Source: the human T2T-CHM13v2.0 reference genome, Homo sapiens. Taken from it: a stretch of 64,000 nt of DNA. The notes below the pieces were generated by a model. That model saw only the letters and a program-made list of their open reading frames with translations, was not told the DNA's origin and searched no databases. Position numbers and translations under genes: made by a program. Where the stretch lies: the NCBI RefSeq assembly GCF_009914755.1, contig NC_060925.1; one strand, written 5' to 3'. This document shows, piece by piece, positions 1 to 12,535 of this stretch. The stretch's first letter is position 1, and each line of letters opens with the position of its first letter.

Positions 1-34
1 CCAGGAGCTTGCCCACGAGCTGGCCGCTGCCAAG
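1..34 (+). CDS. PEX14: PEX14 exon 7, 3' part (truncated by window edge)
   Basis: Reads QELAHELAAAK, then donor AAG|GTACCT; phase 0 matches the next exon. Confidence 0.9.
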
Positions 35-620
35 GTACCTGTCTCTGCTGCACAGGGCCCTCCAGGCCCAGGTCTGTCCCATGTGCCCTTCACTCTTGTC
101 CCTTGGGCCGGGCTTGCCACCTTCGGGAGCTGGACTTTGCCCCAGTCTCACAGTGGTTACACAGCCGTGGCCGATGCTGCCCTTTCTCTCCTTGTAGAGA
201 CAGGAGGCTGTTGCTGGGCAGTCAGTGTGACGTTTAACTGTCGAGGCCATCCTTTCTCTCTCTATGTCACCTCCCAACAGGAGGAAGGAAAAGCTACCCT
301 CTGCCTGTGGAGATCTCATGGCAGCCACATCCCCGCAGCTCTGGAGGCTTTCTGTGTAGACATGGGACGGTCTCTACCTATAAGTTAGGTTGCAGGTCAC
401 AGCATGGCCAGGAGGGGTTCTGGAACAGACAGGGGAGAAGCGAGTCGCAGTCAGTTCACCAGCACCAGCCCCATCCACACCGCAGTGCAGCGGGCAGGTT
501 CTCTAGACTCAGGTTCCATGGGTTCTGGCAATCCTAGGGAGCCAGAACCAACTCCCAAGGCAGTGTCCTTGCCTCACTGCCCAAATGTGAAGAAATCTTG
601 GCGTGGCAGCTTCCAGGATC

Positions 621-735
621 AGGCTGAATCCTGGTCCTGCCACTTGTTAGCTGTATGACCACAGGCAAGTTACTTAACCTCTCTGAGTCTTAGTCTCCTC
701 ATCTGTAAAATGGAGCCATAACGGCACCTAATTCC
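621..735 (+). mobile_element. MIR SINE core fragment
   Basis: aatcctggtcctgccacttgttagctgtatgacc..ggcaagttacttaacctctctgag..ctcatctgtaaaatgg matches the MIR core consensus. Confidence 0.85.
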
Positions 736-2868
736 TGGGGCTCTTCATGGGTTCAAGAGGGTGCCTGGCTCCAGCCAGCTCGCAGGATTGCAGGCCTAGG
801 TTCTGTGGGTGGGTAACAGAGGTCATCCCTGAGGCGGTATCAGACAGACCGGGCCCAGGAGACAGTGGCCTGGTAGCTCCAGAACACCCACTGGCTCCTC
901 TCTCTGTCCCTTGTCCCACAGCTCTGTGGCCGGCGGACACTGCTCCCTGTCTGCCCCCACAGCCTGGGCTCTGGAGAGTCCCATCCCGAGTTGCTTACCC
1001 AGGGAAAGCCACTCCTAGCGTACGAGTTGGCTTGAGCCAGCACTCAGATCTTTTGCATTTGCAAAAACCATGAAAATGACAATCTTTCCATGGAGTCTGG
1101 GGTGTCTCTTGTGAAGAGGGTCCCAGGAATCTCCCCCCTGGATATCCAAACCACACACAGAGGTGCCACCTGCTCTTCCTCCTGGGATGGCTGTGGGTAC
1201 TGGTGACCACCTCCAGCCACTGCAATGCGTGTTCTCCACGGGTGGCCGGTCCCTAAAGCACCAGGAAGCCCAGCGACAGCCCTGCCTGCTCTCCTGGGTC
1301 AGGTCATCTTTTGGATCCATGCTCTGCCTGTGGCCAGAAGCCATTCCGGAAATTGGAAAACTGTTTTCAGGCCTTACGCCTGAGATTAAGACCACATGTT
1401 GTGTTTAAGAAGCAGTGGGGGCCCGGGATGTGCTTGGTGGTGAGAGGGGTTGGGCCCCTCAGAGTCCCTCGAGCTGGCTTTGCTGCCGCTGTCCCTGGCC
1501 CACCCCAGCCTTCTCTCCCGAGCTGCATGGGGCCACTGGCTTGGCATCTAAACGCGTATGTGTGAGGACTTTGGTTACCCCATAAACCAAAGACCCAGAG
1601 CTGTGTTTTCTCAGCTGTAATGTAAGTTTTTATATCTGGCTTCCAAACTCCTACTGGAGCACTGTAAAAAATTAAAAAGAAGAGCTTTAAGTAATTAAAA
1701 AACCTACATAAAACTGAAGGCTATGAGTTTTCTACAACTGTTTTTTAAAGAGGCTGGCTAAAAAGCCCCAGATGTCAGATTTTATTTCTAAATCCTGGCA
1801 TCTGGCACCATATGCGTTTGGAAATCTGAGTCCCTTGTAGGCCAGTGAGTGGAAATTGTGCCCTTGTTCATGGGCTGCTGTAGCTTTCAAGGTCTCAGAG
1901 AAGCCAGAGCCGTGGCTCCTGGGTCCTCCCTGTCTGGCGGTCTGGAGTAGGAACCCTGAGGGGCTGTGTCTGGGGGTGGTGGGTGACACGCACTCACTCT
2001 CAGACTGCCCGGGTTTTCCTTCCTGAGACCTACAGGCCCTCTGAAGGACTTCTCCCTGCTAAGGTGTGCCAGCTGGACTGCTTGCTGGGGTGAGCCCACA
2101 GCAGCCCCCGACCCCACGTCAGAGGCCAGGCCTCTGTAAGCCAGCCAGCGGCCCACAGCACACTGGTAGGGAACAGCCAGGGAACGTCCCCTCTGCCCAC
2201 CTCGGGGGAGCAGTATCAGGAGAGCTGGCAATATTCATCTGTGCACTTAAAGATGGCCTGGGGTGGCCTTCAGCCTGGGCGAGGTAGACCTCACACGGAG
2301 GCCTCGTGGCATTGTCCTCTGTGCACATGCCACAAGCAGGTTGCCACCAGCAGCTCGCATTTGGGGACCTCTGGTTTGGCTGTCCTCTTCCCCGTCTATA
2401 CCAGCAAGATTTTCCAGAAGTAAGATGTAGTTCTGTGAAGTTTATTTGGAAAACAGTGTTACCTTCAAAGGGGAAAGGTGTGCATGGAAGGATGGGGTTT
2501 GTCAGAGATGGTGGCTGTTTCCTCTTTCCACCCCGGACCATCTTAAATCCCAGACATCATCCCACTTCATACCGCACCCGCACGCCTCCGCATGTCTCTA
2601 AAAGACGCCCACGATACCATTATGTCACCTAAAAACACGTAATGATTCCTTACGTCATCAGATGTCCAAACAGAGCTGTGGGAATGTTTAAGGATGTTGT
2701 CATCCAGAGACGTGGCAGGCAGTGGGCAGTGGCAGAACCTTCCCCCGGGTTCCCCAGAACAGACCCAGAAGGCCCCACCTGCTGCCCCCACCCAGGTCCT
2801 CCTGCAGCCGCAGGCCCCGCCCGTGCCGCAAGGCGCCCGCCCTGAGCCTCCCTGTGCTCTGCTTTCAG

Positions 2869-2960
2869 GCCACCACATCCACCAACTGGATCCTGGAGTC
2901 CCAGAATATCAACGAACTCAAGTCCGAAATTAACTCCTTGAAAGGGCTTCTTTTAAATCG
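2869..2960 (+). CDS. PEX14: PEX14 exon 8 (92 nt)
   Basis: tttcag|GCC...AATCG|gtagga; encodes [31 protein letters not shown]. Confidence 0.95.
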
Positions 2961-3308
2961 GTAGGAGGGAGGAATGGGGACCCTGTTCTGGTCGGGCCTG
3001 GAAAGGAGGACTGGGAGCTCTGGGGCATGGGAGGGGCATGACGCCCACCCCCACCCCCAAGGACCCCATCTGTCTGGGCGACTCAGGCACTGAGTCTGGG
3101 GCCTTTTGAGCTTCTCTCTTCATTCCCCAGTTGACACCCTCTCCACTCCAGAGGTGACGGTCTGTGGCACACAAGTTTTGAAATACAGTTCCCAGGCCTG
3201 TGAAGACCTGGTCAGGGACAGCTTGAGCCAAAAAGCAGGGCCCTTGGAGCAGAGGAGAACTTCCTGGTTTGGCTCCTCCTTCCTGAGCTCCAGGTGACCA
3301 CTCAGTGA

Positions 3309-3842
<534 letters not shown>

Positions 3843-5127
3843 TAAAACTGAAAGTCCAGTGTCCAGGAGCCACTCTGTCCTGGGAGCCGCAACTGTGGGC
3901 CATCCTCCTGGGCTGATGCCCTAGTGGGCCTTGCATGGGGTGTCCTTGTTTCCCTGCTGGGCTGGATTTGTTGGGAGCTGGGTGAGTGGGAGGGTGCAGG
4001 TGGGCTTTTCACTAGGGTCCAGGATGGGGTGCAGAGGGGTCTTGCGGCTCCAGCCAGAAGACCCCATTTTCCAAGCCACCCAACTTCCCGGTTTTCCCTG
4101 AGGAAAAGAACATGTCCTGGAAAGAGATGTGGCGCTGGCAGAGGCCAGAGCATTGTCATTAGGAGACAGCCTCCATTTTCCCTAACCGAGACCAGTGCCT
4201 TGGAGGCTGGGGATGGAGGCCAGGCCATCGGGTGACCGTGGGGGCCAAGAAAACTGCACATGGAATTTCTTGTTAGCGTTTAGGATGCTGGTGAATAAAG
4301 CAGGCCGTGGTGTGTGCCCCACTCAAGTGGGGTCTGTGGTGGGAGAGTTGTGTCTAAGGCCCCTGCTGGGGGACAGCCCTGCGGGCAGGGCTTTGTCCTC
4401 TTGGCTCAGGCAGAGATGGGCCTGCCTGTTGGAGAGCTCTGTCTCTGAGCCGTTGCCAAGTGGACCTGACCTCCCAGGTCCCTCCTGGAATTGGCTTTGG
4501 TTTGGGCTGGCTGCTGGCCCAGGAACGGAGTACGGAGCAGAAGGGAGAGCTGCCTCTTCTGCGTTGAAAGTGTTGAGCTCAGAAGTTTTCTAGCAAAGGG
4601 CATAACCACCGCCCTTTTGGTTCTGATGTGTCTGACCCCCTGCCAGTGGCCAGGGCTCCCTGCCTCCACCTTTTGCTCAGGCCATAGACAAATGAGGACT
4701 GTGGCTCAGGTGTCTGGAGTCCCCAGTCATAGCCCTTTTGGACTCCTCACCAACCTGTCTCTCTCCTGGCCACTGGGTTGGAGGCAGGGATGGTGCTGAG
4801 GATCAGAAGGAAGCAGGCTCCCGCATGGCAGGCAGGCCCCACTTGGCTTCCAGCAGCTGCCCAGGCAGATGGGCCTTGCCCAGGGTGGGGGCCCGGGGGG
4901 ACCCTGGGCTGTCTGTGGGGGCACAGGACCCGCTTGGCATCTATCTCAGCTGTAGGATCTTTGCTCCTGAAAGGAGGGGTGGAAGGGCTCCATCCTGTCC
5001 CTTGCCCAGTGTCCCTGGGGGAGCAGCTCACCATCGCCGAGCCCTTGCGGGTCAGGGAAGGCGTGGCCCTTCGAAGGGGGGCGTCCTGAATGCCGCCACC
5101 AACCTCCTCCCCTTCTTCTCCCTCTAG

Positions 5128-5584
5128 GAGGCAGTTCCCTCCATCCCCATCAGCCCCGAAGATCCCCTCCTGGCAGATCCCAGTCAAGTCACCGTCACCC
5201 TCCAGCCCTGCGGCCGTGAACCACCACAGCAGCAGCGACATCTCACCTGTCAGCAACGAGTCCACGTCGTCCTCGCCTGGGAAGGAGGGCCACAGCCCCG
5301 AGGGCTCCACGGTCACCTACCACTTGCTGGGCCCCCAGGAGGAAGGCGAGGGGGTGGTGGACGTCAAGGGCCAGGTGCGGATGGAGGTGCAAGGCGAGGA
5401 GGAGAAGAGGGAGGACAAGGAGGACGAGGAGGATGAGGAGGATGATGATGTGAGCCATGTGGACGAGGAGGACTGCCTGGGTGTGCAGAGGGAGGACCGC
5501 CGGGGCGGGGATGGGCAGATCAACGAGCAGGTGGAGAAGCTGCGGCGGCCCGAGGGCGCCAGCAACGAGAGTGAGCGGGACTAG
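5128..5584 (+). CDS. PEX14: PEX14 last coding exon (exon 9), Pro/Ser-rich then acidic C-terminus
   Basis: ctctag|G AGG CAG TTC...; [18 protein letters not shown]...[10 protein letters not shown]; phase 2 matches exon 8; stop TAG 5582-5584. Confidence 0.96.
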
Positions 5585-6352
5585 GGCTGCGCCTGCTGCC
5601 TCCAGCCCTGAGGATGGCATCTAGTGTGCCCGTGCGTGGCCATACCCTGCCTCCCTCTCTGGCCCTGGGAGGGCAGCTTGGAGCCCAGGTAGGGGGCAGA
5701 GCTGTCCTCAGCTGCACTGCGGCCTGGTGGCAGTGTGGGGAGTCACACTTCTGTCCACCTGGCCTCCTCTCGCCTGGCCGCCAGCCCCAGCCCCAGCCCC
5801 AGCCCCAGGCCCAGCTGCCTTTGGCTTTGATCTCAAGTCAGGCTGAAGGCAGCGAAGCCTCGGGGCCCAAGCCCCTCCCCAGCCCCCTCTCCCGGACAGA
5901 CGCCTTGCCCAGGGTGTGTTTGCTGAGTGTCTTGACTACCGTGACACCACGCATGGCCAGAGCTAGCGTCCCTACTGCCTCCCGACTCCTCAGTGGAGGA
6001 GGAGCTGCGGTCCCTCTGGTGTCTGCCATCCCCCTCCCTCCCTGGGCCCGGCCCTGGACCCGTCAGGTGCCTGTCCCCAGCCCCAACCCCACTCATGCCC
6101 CGTCGTCCTCCCAGACAAATGAAACCACGCTGCGCTTCCGATGCCCCCGCTTGCCGTGTAATGGTTCAGCTAATCCCATGGCGAGATGGGGGCTCACTCC
6201 GGAGGAGGAGCCAGGCAGCAGGGCCTTCCTGACCAACAGCCAGCTCTGTCCTTCCCCCCAGGAAACACATGTTCATTTGTGTGATCATGTATAGACCTCA
6301 GAACGGAAGATAGGACTGTATATAATTGTAATAAATACCAGTTGCCACTATT
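5585..6352 (+). other. PEX14: PEX14 3'UTR (3' end approximate)
   Basis: Runs from the stop codon to ~17 nt past AATAAA; contains a (CCCCAG)n stretch at ~5783-5807. Confidence 0.8.
6330..6335 (+). terminator. PEX14 polyadenylation signal AATAAA
   Basis: Canonical hexamer preceded by TGTA elements (6288, 6317, 6327) and followed by T/GT-rich sequence. Confidence 0.85.
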
Positions 6353-7080
6353 TAATTTCTGCCTGTGGCTCCCTGTCTGCTCATGGCACCCTGGGCCCGG
6401 GGGTTCGTCTCAGCGCAGCCTCCAGCTGGTGAAGTGTGGGTGAGGGCCCATGGGCAGCTTCCGCCGCTGCTGAGCCAGAAGCAGAGGCCTTGTTCAGGTC
6501 CAGTGGCTGCCGGAGGGCGACACTTTGCTGACCGCAGGAGGATCAGGGACCTCGTGTGACTGTATATAGACCTCATGTGGAGTGAGGAGCTCTTCCTTAA
6601 ATGGACGAATGCTTCCCGGGGAGGGGAGTGTGGCGTCCTCTCTGGCTCCCTGTCTCCCCTGGCTCTTTTCCTCCCAGTCTCCCTTTCCCCTTCACAGAGC
6701 ATTTGGCTAAAACCAGAAGAGCAGAGCCATGGGCTCCTTGAGGGGCGCTCCTATTCCCTGCAGCCCCCAAGTGTCAGGACCAGGCTCGTGGGCCGCAGGC
6801 GCCGTGATGTCCATGTGCCTGTGTGGACACAAGGGCTTCGGAAATAGGAAGCCCTGGGCAGTCCCTGCGGGTGCGACCTCCATGTACCTGCTCCGCCCTG
6901 CCCCTCCCTCTGCTGGGGAGGGAGGAGGCCATGTGGTTGGGCTCAGAGACTTGGTGTTGGGGCTGTTTTGTCTCAGATGTTTCGCTTTTGGCCCCTGCAG
7001 CAAACCCTTCTTAATGCTGGGAACACAGGTCCTGCTAAAGTGACGGGTTTCCAGGCCCGGGCCGCCCCCGCTCACTCAAG

Positions 7081-7262
7081 AGTCCCTGGGACCCGGCTGC
7101 CTCCACCTGCTGGAGGGACCCCTGGAGCAGGTCCACCCCCACCCACTGGAGGGTCCCTGGGAGCAGGTCTGCCCCTACCCACTGGAGGGTCCCCAGTACT
7201 GGGCTGCACCCACCCACTGGAGGGTCACCGGGAGCAGGCTGAACCCACCTGCTGGAGGGTCC
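7081..7262. repeat. Degenerate minisatellite, ~35-36-nt unit, ~5 copies
   Basis: Recurrent ctggaggg(t/a)ccc..ggagcagg..cccaccca. Confidence 0.8.
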
Positions 7263-10200
7263 AGCCCCAATCTGGTTTCTGGCCTGCGGGTTGTGTCTTT
7301 CATGCTTGTCACCTGGAAGGACACTCCTGCATTTCCTGTTTCCAGCTACGTGTTCCCCAGGGACGAGCGGAGCCCAGTTCAGTGTCACACTATGGCTTGT
7401 TCTCCTTTTTCCCTGGCCTCCTTGCTGTCCCTGAAGAAGCAGGTGTCTCAATTCCCAGGGGCTGCCACCCTCACCTGGACGAGGGGGTCCTGCCTACCAG
7501 GACCCCAGGAGTCCCAGTGTCTGGGAGCTGCGGTGGGCAGACAGGTGGGCCAGGCCTCGGCCTGGCTCTGGGGACAGTGACTGCCTGTGTCCCACCCTCA
7601 GACCTGCTGGGTCACAGGCCTGCATCTGGACGGATCGGTTCCTGAGGAGTCCCCGCCCCCTGTCATTTGCTGCCTGGTGGCCATTGTCTGTAACTTCTCA
7701 GAGGTCCCTCCTCCAGTGGGACTAGAAAGGGAGACCAGAGGGCAGATACCCTGGGAAGGAAGGGAAGCCAGGGCTGTGGGGTTGGTGCTGTGGAAGTGAA
7801 GTGCCAGCTTCCCGGCTCCATTTCTCCCTGGAGAGCTGGGGCCACCAAGAAAGGGATTCCCTGGGGCTTCACTATCCCTGGGGTGGGGGCAATGGAGACC
7901 TCACAGGGCAAGCACTCTCCATCCTGGGGGTCAGTGGGCTGGCACATCCCTGAGGCTCAAGCGTGGAGGAGAAACGGACAGAAACCTGGGCCCGGAGGCC
8001 TTTTGCCCCTGTGGGTCCTGAGCACCGAATTCGGCTTTTGAGGACAGAGTCTGGCGTGATTTCAGGGAGAGAAAAACCCCTCCCCAAAACGGCAGGAGTG
8101 CTGCCTAATAAAGCCAGCTGCTGGACCAGGGAAAACAGCCCTTTGAAAAAAAAAAGCCTTTCATTAGAAAAATAATGCATTTCATCCAAATAAGGTAAAA
8201 ATATTCGGAATGGGGCAGAAGTAAGCAGCAGGCAGCGCCTGTCAGGCCCTTTCTGGAAGGGAGAAGATTATTAAACTCAATTACAATGTATTTTTATAAA
8301 GTGTCTTTTAGGAAAGAACTAGCCCCATGCTTGGAGGCCGGGGGACAGCTGCCCTGACCTCACCCCGGACCAGCTCCCTCGGTCCCCGGGGTCTGTCCCG
8401 GCTCCTCCGGTAACTCGCTGGTTCTGCCTTGGGCAGGGGCATCTACTTTGGGAAGGACAGGGGACCTCCCTTGGTGTTTGCGACTCGCAGGACAGGCCAG
8501 GAGGCGGGGGAGTTGCCTTCGGGGGATGGTAGGGTCTCCGCCCGCCTGGGGCTGCCAAGTCCTTCAAAAGCCAAGGCTCCCAGAGCCAGTCCCATCCCAG
8601 GACCCTGGCTGGGACAGGGAGCGCCTGGGTCAGGGGAAGGGGCTGCTGAGTTTGTACCCACAGGTGGGATGTGTAGCAAAGCCAATCCACATAGAAGGGG
8701 ACAGAGATGCGAGAACCTGCCACCTGCCCATCGGCTCCCTGTGTGCCCACAGAGTCTCTTTCCCTCTTTCTTTGTTTTTAATAAACGCATCTGAGCAAGC
8801 TGTGTTCATCTTTCGGGGCCCTCACACCCAGGTACAGGTGGAAGAGTTTTCTAGAAGGTTTCGCTTCTGCCCTCCTGGCGGCCCAGCCAGGAGCATGGAG
8901 GCGCTGGGTCTCCGGCCTTGCCCCAGACCCCTCCCTCTCCAGGTGACCACCCTGTCCCTGCCCCAGACCCCAGGAGGGAAGGGGAGGGCAAGCAGGGGCC
9001 ATTCTTCAATGGCCAGACATCTCTGTCCCCAGGAGTTGACTTAATTTGTCTTTTGTTTAAACTGGTTTCTGCCAAGGCACCAAAAGAAGAGGTCAGAGCC
9101 TCCAGACAGGGCAGGCACGGAGGCGCCAGTGAGACCTGCATGCAGGTGGGAGCTCCAGCCTCAGGTGAGGTGCGCTCCTGAGGTGTAGCACCCAGGTAGA
9201 CCTGGAGGGCCTGGCCGCTCTTCCTCCTCCTGCTCCTTTGCTGTGTACAGGGGCTTCCCACCTAGGGACTGGCCACCGCCTGGCCAGGGGGAGCCACGCC
9301 CGAGCTGGCACATGCTGACATGCATGTGCGTGCACATGTGTGTGGCACCCTCACACTCACGCAGGGCCCAGTGGGCCCTTTTCAAGAGGTCCCCATGTCC
9401 TCCTCCAACACGTGCCCATTGCAGGCCACAGCTCAGACCACAGCCTTGGCACTCTCTTTAATGCAAAACGGGTCTGAAATCTCGCCTGGCATTGAGGGAT
9501 GACTACCTGAATCATGAATAAACCTTAATAATTTACTTTCATTGAGCACTTTATAGTTTGTGTTCTCCTAGAAGAAGAAATGAGATACATGATATGTTCA
9601 TCAGAAAGATGCCTGAAACCTTTCCTTGCTCCACGACAGATACTGGAAGGACCTTCTTTCAAGCGACAGGGTCATGGCTTTAAACACCACCATGACACTT
9701 GGCATCCAGATGCGTTATAGCCCCAGGGGGAGGAGCCAGCCTCAGGGAGGCTCCGGGCAGCGAGGTTCTTTCTTGGGGATCCCTGCCTCCTTCCAGTGGT
9801 GTGGGGCATGGGGCTTACTGGAGGCCAAGCCACTGGGTCCAGCTGCTCCAGCGCTGGCTGTGGGCCCCCTGGGAGCTGCCGATTCCTCCCTGACCTGCCC
9901 CAGAGGGTGCGGAGGCACCTCCCAGCAAGGATGGCCGGGGCCTGGCTGCTTCATTCTCAGACAAGGCTCTGGGATTCCAGCCCTTCAGAGGGCACTGCTG
10001 CCAGCCCTGGTCCTAGACCAACGCTACCTGTGGGGCCAGGGCCACCTCCCGTGACAGTGGATGGGCAGCTGGCCTTTGCCCAGTGGCCTGGTATGCTGCC
10101 CAGAAAGGGGGCTGCCTGTCGCCATGTCCAGGCTGGGGCAAGGCCGCTTCGTGAGCGCCAAGGCCCGGCGCCCACGGGTGACTCAGGTTGCTGGTGGCGC

Positions 10201-12213
10201 CCCTGCTGGGCCAGGTCCGTGGGAGGTGGGCAGGCCCCTGAGCTCAGCCCTGAGCCTGTGCGGCGGGTTCTGGCCCTTTCCAGGAGGTTGCAAAACACTT
10301 GAATTTGCCCCAGTTTGGGTGTAGGAGCATCACACACCACAGCTAATTAAATCCCAGAAGGAAAGCATGCTTTACTGCATTTCCTACTGAGTCCAACAAG
10401 CCACAGGGAGTGCCGTGGGACCTGGGCCCATCCCAACCCGCAGCTGCAGGCCCCCTCCCGGCTCTTGGGGGCGGTCTCAGAGTGGGCAACACATGCCTGG
10501 TGGGGGTACGAGCTTCTCTCCACCCTCTGGGGCGGGGCCTGGGATGTGGCATCATGGGCTGGCCTGGGTGCAGCGTCCTGAGGCCTTGAGATGCCTCTGA
10601 GAGGTCCCCGAGTCCCCGTTCCCCTTCCTTGGGCTGGACTCGGGGCCCTGCTTGTCGTGAGGTTGGTTGACCCTGGGTGTGGTCCATCCAGGCCCAGAAG
10701 ACCAGGGGGCAGTTTTGGGGTCTGGCCAAGGTCAGCAAACCACCCTGAGTCCCCATTCTCCCTCCCCTGGGCCCCAGGAGTCAGTGCTGCCCCAGAGAGC
10801 TGCCCACTGTGCCGGAGCCTAGAGGGAGCTCTGTGGCTGCACCACCCACCCACCGGCTGCTCAGGGCTTGGCTCCCTGCCTCGCTTCAGGCCCCACGGGA
10901 GGCCCACCAGGGCCTGGGAAGCTCCAATAATGGTTTTAATTTGTTGAACTTGTGTTTTATCCCATAAATTAGTCACTGTTTTATTTAACAGAATCAAGAT
11001 ATCCGCAAACAATAGGCGAGTTCCAACTTGAACATTTTAATAAGACAGAAAAAAGTATATATTTTCATGTCTGTTACAAACATATTTATGTAAATAGCCT
11101 GTGGGCTGCATTCCAGGAGGAAAGAAGAAAGGGAGTGCCCGCGCGCCGGGGCTGGGCTGGAGACGCACTTCTGCGGTGGGAAATGACACAGGCCTGGGCG
11201 CTGTGGGCTGAGGCCACTCCCCTGCCGTCCCTGGTCCCTGGTGCCTGGTGCCTGGCCGGCTGGTGCCAGGCTCAGTGAGGGAGAAGCGTGCTGCGATAAC
11301 CGAACCTCTCCAGCCCCCAAGTCTGCCTGTTTCCTCATCGGGCAAGTGGTTGTGACATCCCTGTGGCTGGGGTGTGATGAGCCGGTAAGACTCCTCAGCG
11401 TGGAAGAATGTGGCAGATCCCGCACACATCCCCTCCCCAAGGTCCCAGGAAGCTCCGGCCACCTGGAGTCCAGCTCAGGGAGGGGCTGCCAAGGTGATTC
11501 TCACGATGTGGTGTCGTGAGGAGCCGGCCATCAGTTGGAAGTGTCAAGACAAACTCTCGGAGCGCCTGGGAGGCCTGTACTCCAGGCTAGGTCTGGTGGA
11601 CACTCCGGCCACTGTGCTTCCGAGGGAGCCAACCACGGTGCCACCAGGGCTGGCAGCTCAGGCTCTGGGCTGGTGGCTACGGACCCAGGAATTATCGGCC
11701 CCTTCTGGCTCTGCCACCCTGTGCTCCAGGCAGGAGTCGCGCCAGCATCCGGATTGGATCCGGGTACGCGCCGTTCCCAGCCCGGGCAGGTCCCTGCAGG
11801 AAGGAGGAAGGAGCCGAGGGAGGAGGCAGGAGGGTGGCCCTGCCAACGCCGGCCCAGCAGCCCAGGAGAGGAGAGGGTTGGCTGGGGTGGGGGTCCTGGG
11901 AGGCTGCAGGGCCTTTGTCCGACGACCCAGGCCTTGGTGTCAAATGGCTCTGCCCAAAGATGGCTCCTGAGCCCCAAGTGGGGGCTTCAAGCAGGGCTGG
12001 GGAGGAGGCTACCCTTCTGGCCAGGCCAGGAATGAGCCCCCTACCTCTGTCCCCAGCAGCCCGGGGACAAAACTGGTCTGTTCCCCGCTTTTCCTGCCAG
12101 GGTCGAAGGGTGCCCAACTCCTCCCGTCACCCCACCGGTGTAGCTGGGTCATGGCCAGCCGATTGGGGGCGATTTTAAGAATAAAAGATAACTTGATAGA
12201 TTTTTTTCCAGTT

Positions 12214-12219
12214 TTTATT
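12214..12219 (-). terminator. CASZ1a polyadenylation signal AATAAA
   Basis: TTTATT on +; U-rich element downstream on the - strand. Confidence 0.85.
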
Positions 12220-12431
12220 GAGTGAAAATGTCAAACCTTGCATCAGTCATGCAAAAAAAAAAAAAAATCAAATAAATAAAACACATATATTAAATTTCTA
12301 ATAGCACTAAATTCAAGTGGAAAAATATTCAGTTCTTAATAACCAGGTGCCGAGGAGACCAGATTCAAGTAATCAGAGCACACGCTGTTCAGCTCGGGTT
12401 TCACGTTCTGTATTTTTTTTGTCTCAAAACC

Positions 12432-12535
12432 TCTCTATATATCTCTATATATCTATATATGTATATACATATAGATATATACACACACATATGTGCATAC
12501 ATATTATTTGATATTTATATATATACACATACATA
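12432..12535. repeat. Degenerate (TA)n/(CA)n microsatellite in the CASZ1 3'UTR
   Basis: tctatatatctctatatatctatatatgtatatacatatagatatatacacacac... Confidence 0.85.

Noticed and set aside
2540-2710. Possible old L1M 3'-end fragment
   Set aside because: Resemblance too weak to call without an alignment.
7081-7262. CRISPR-like appearance of ~36-nt repeats
   Set aside because: Contiguous diverged tandem units without unique spacers, in human DNA, with no cas genes.
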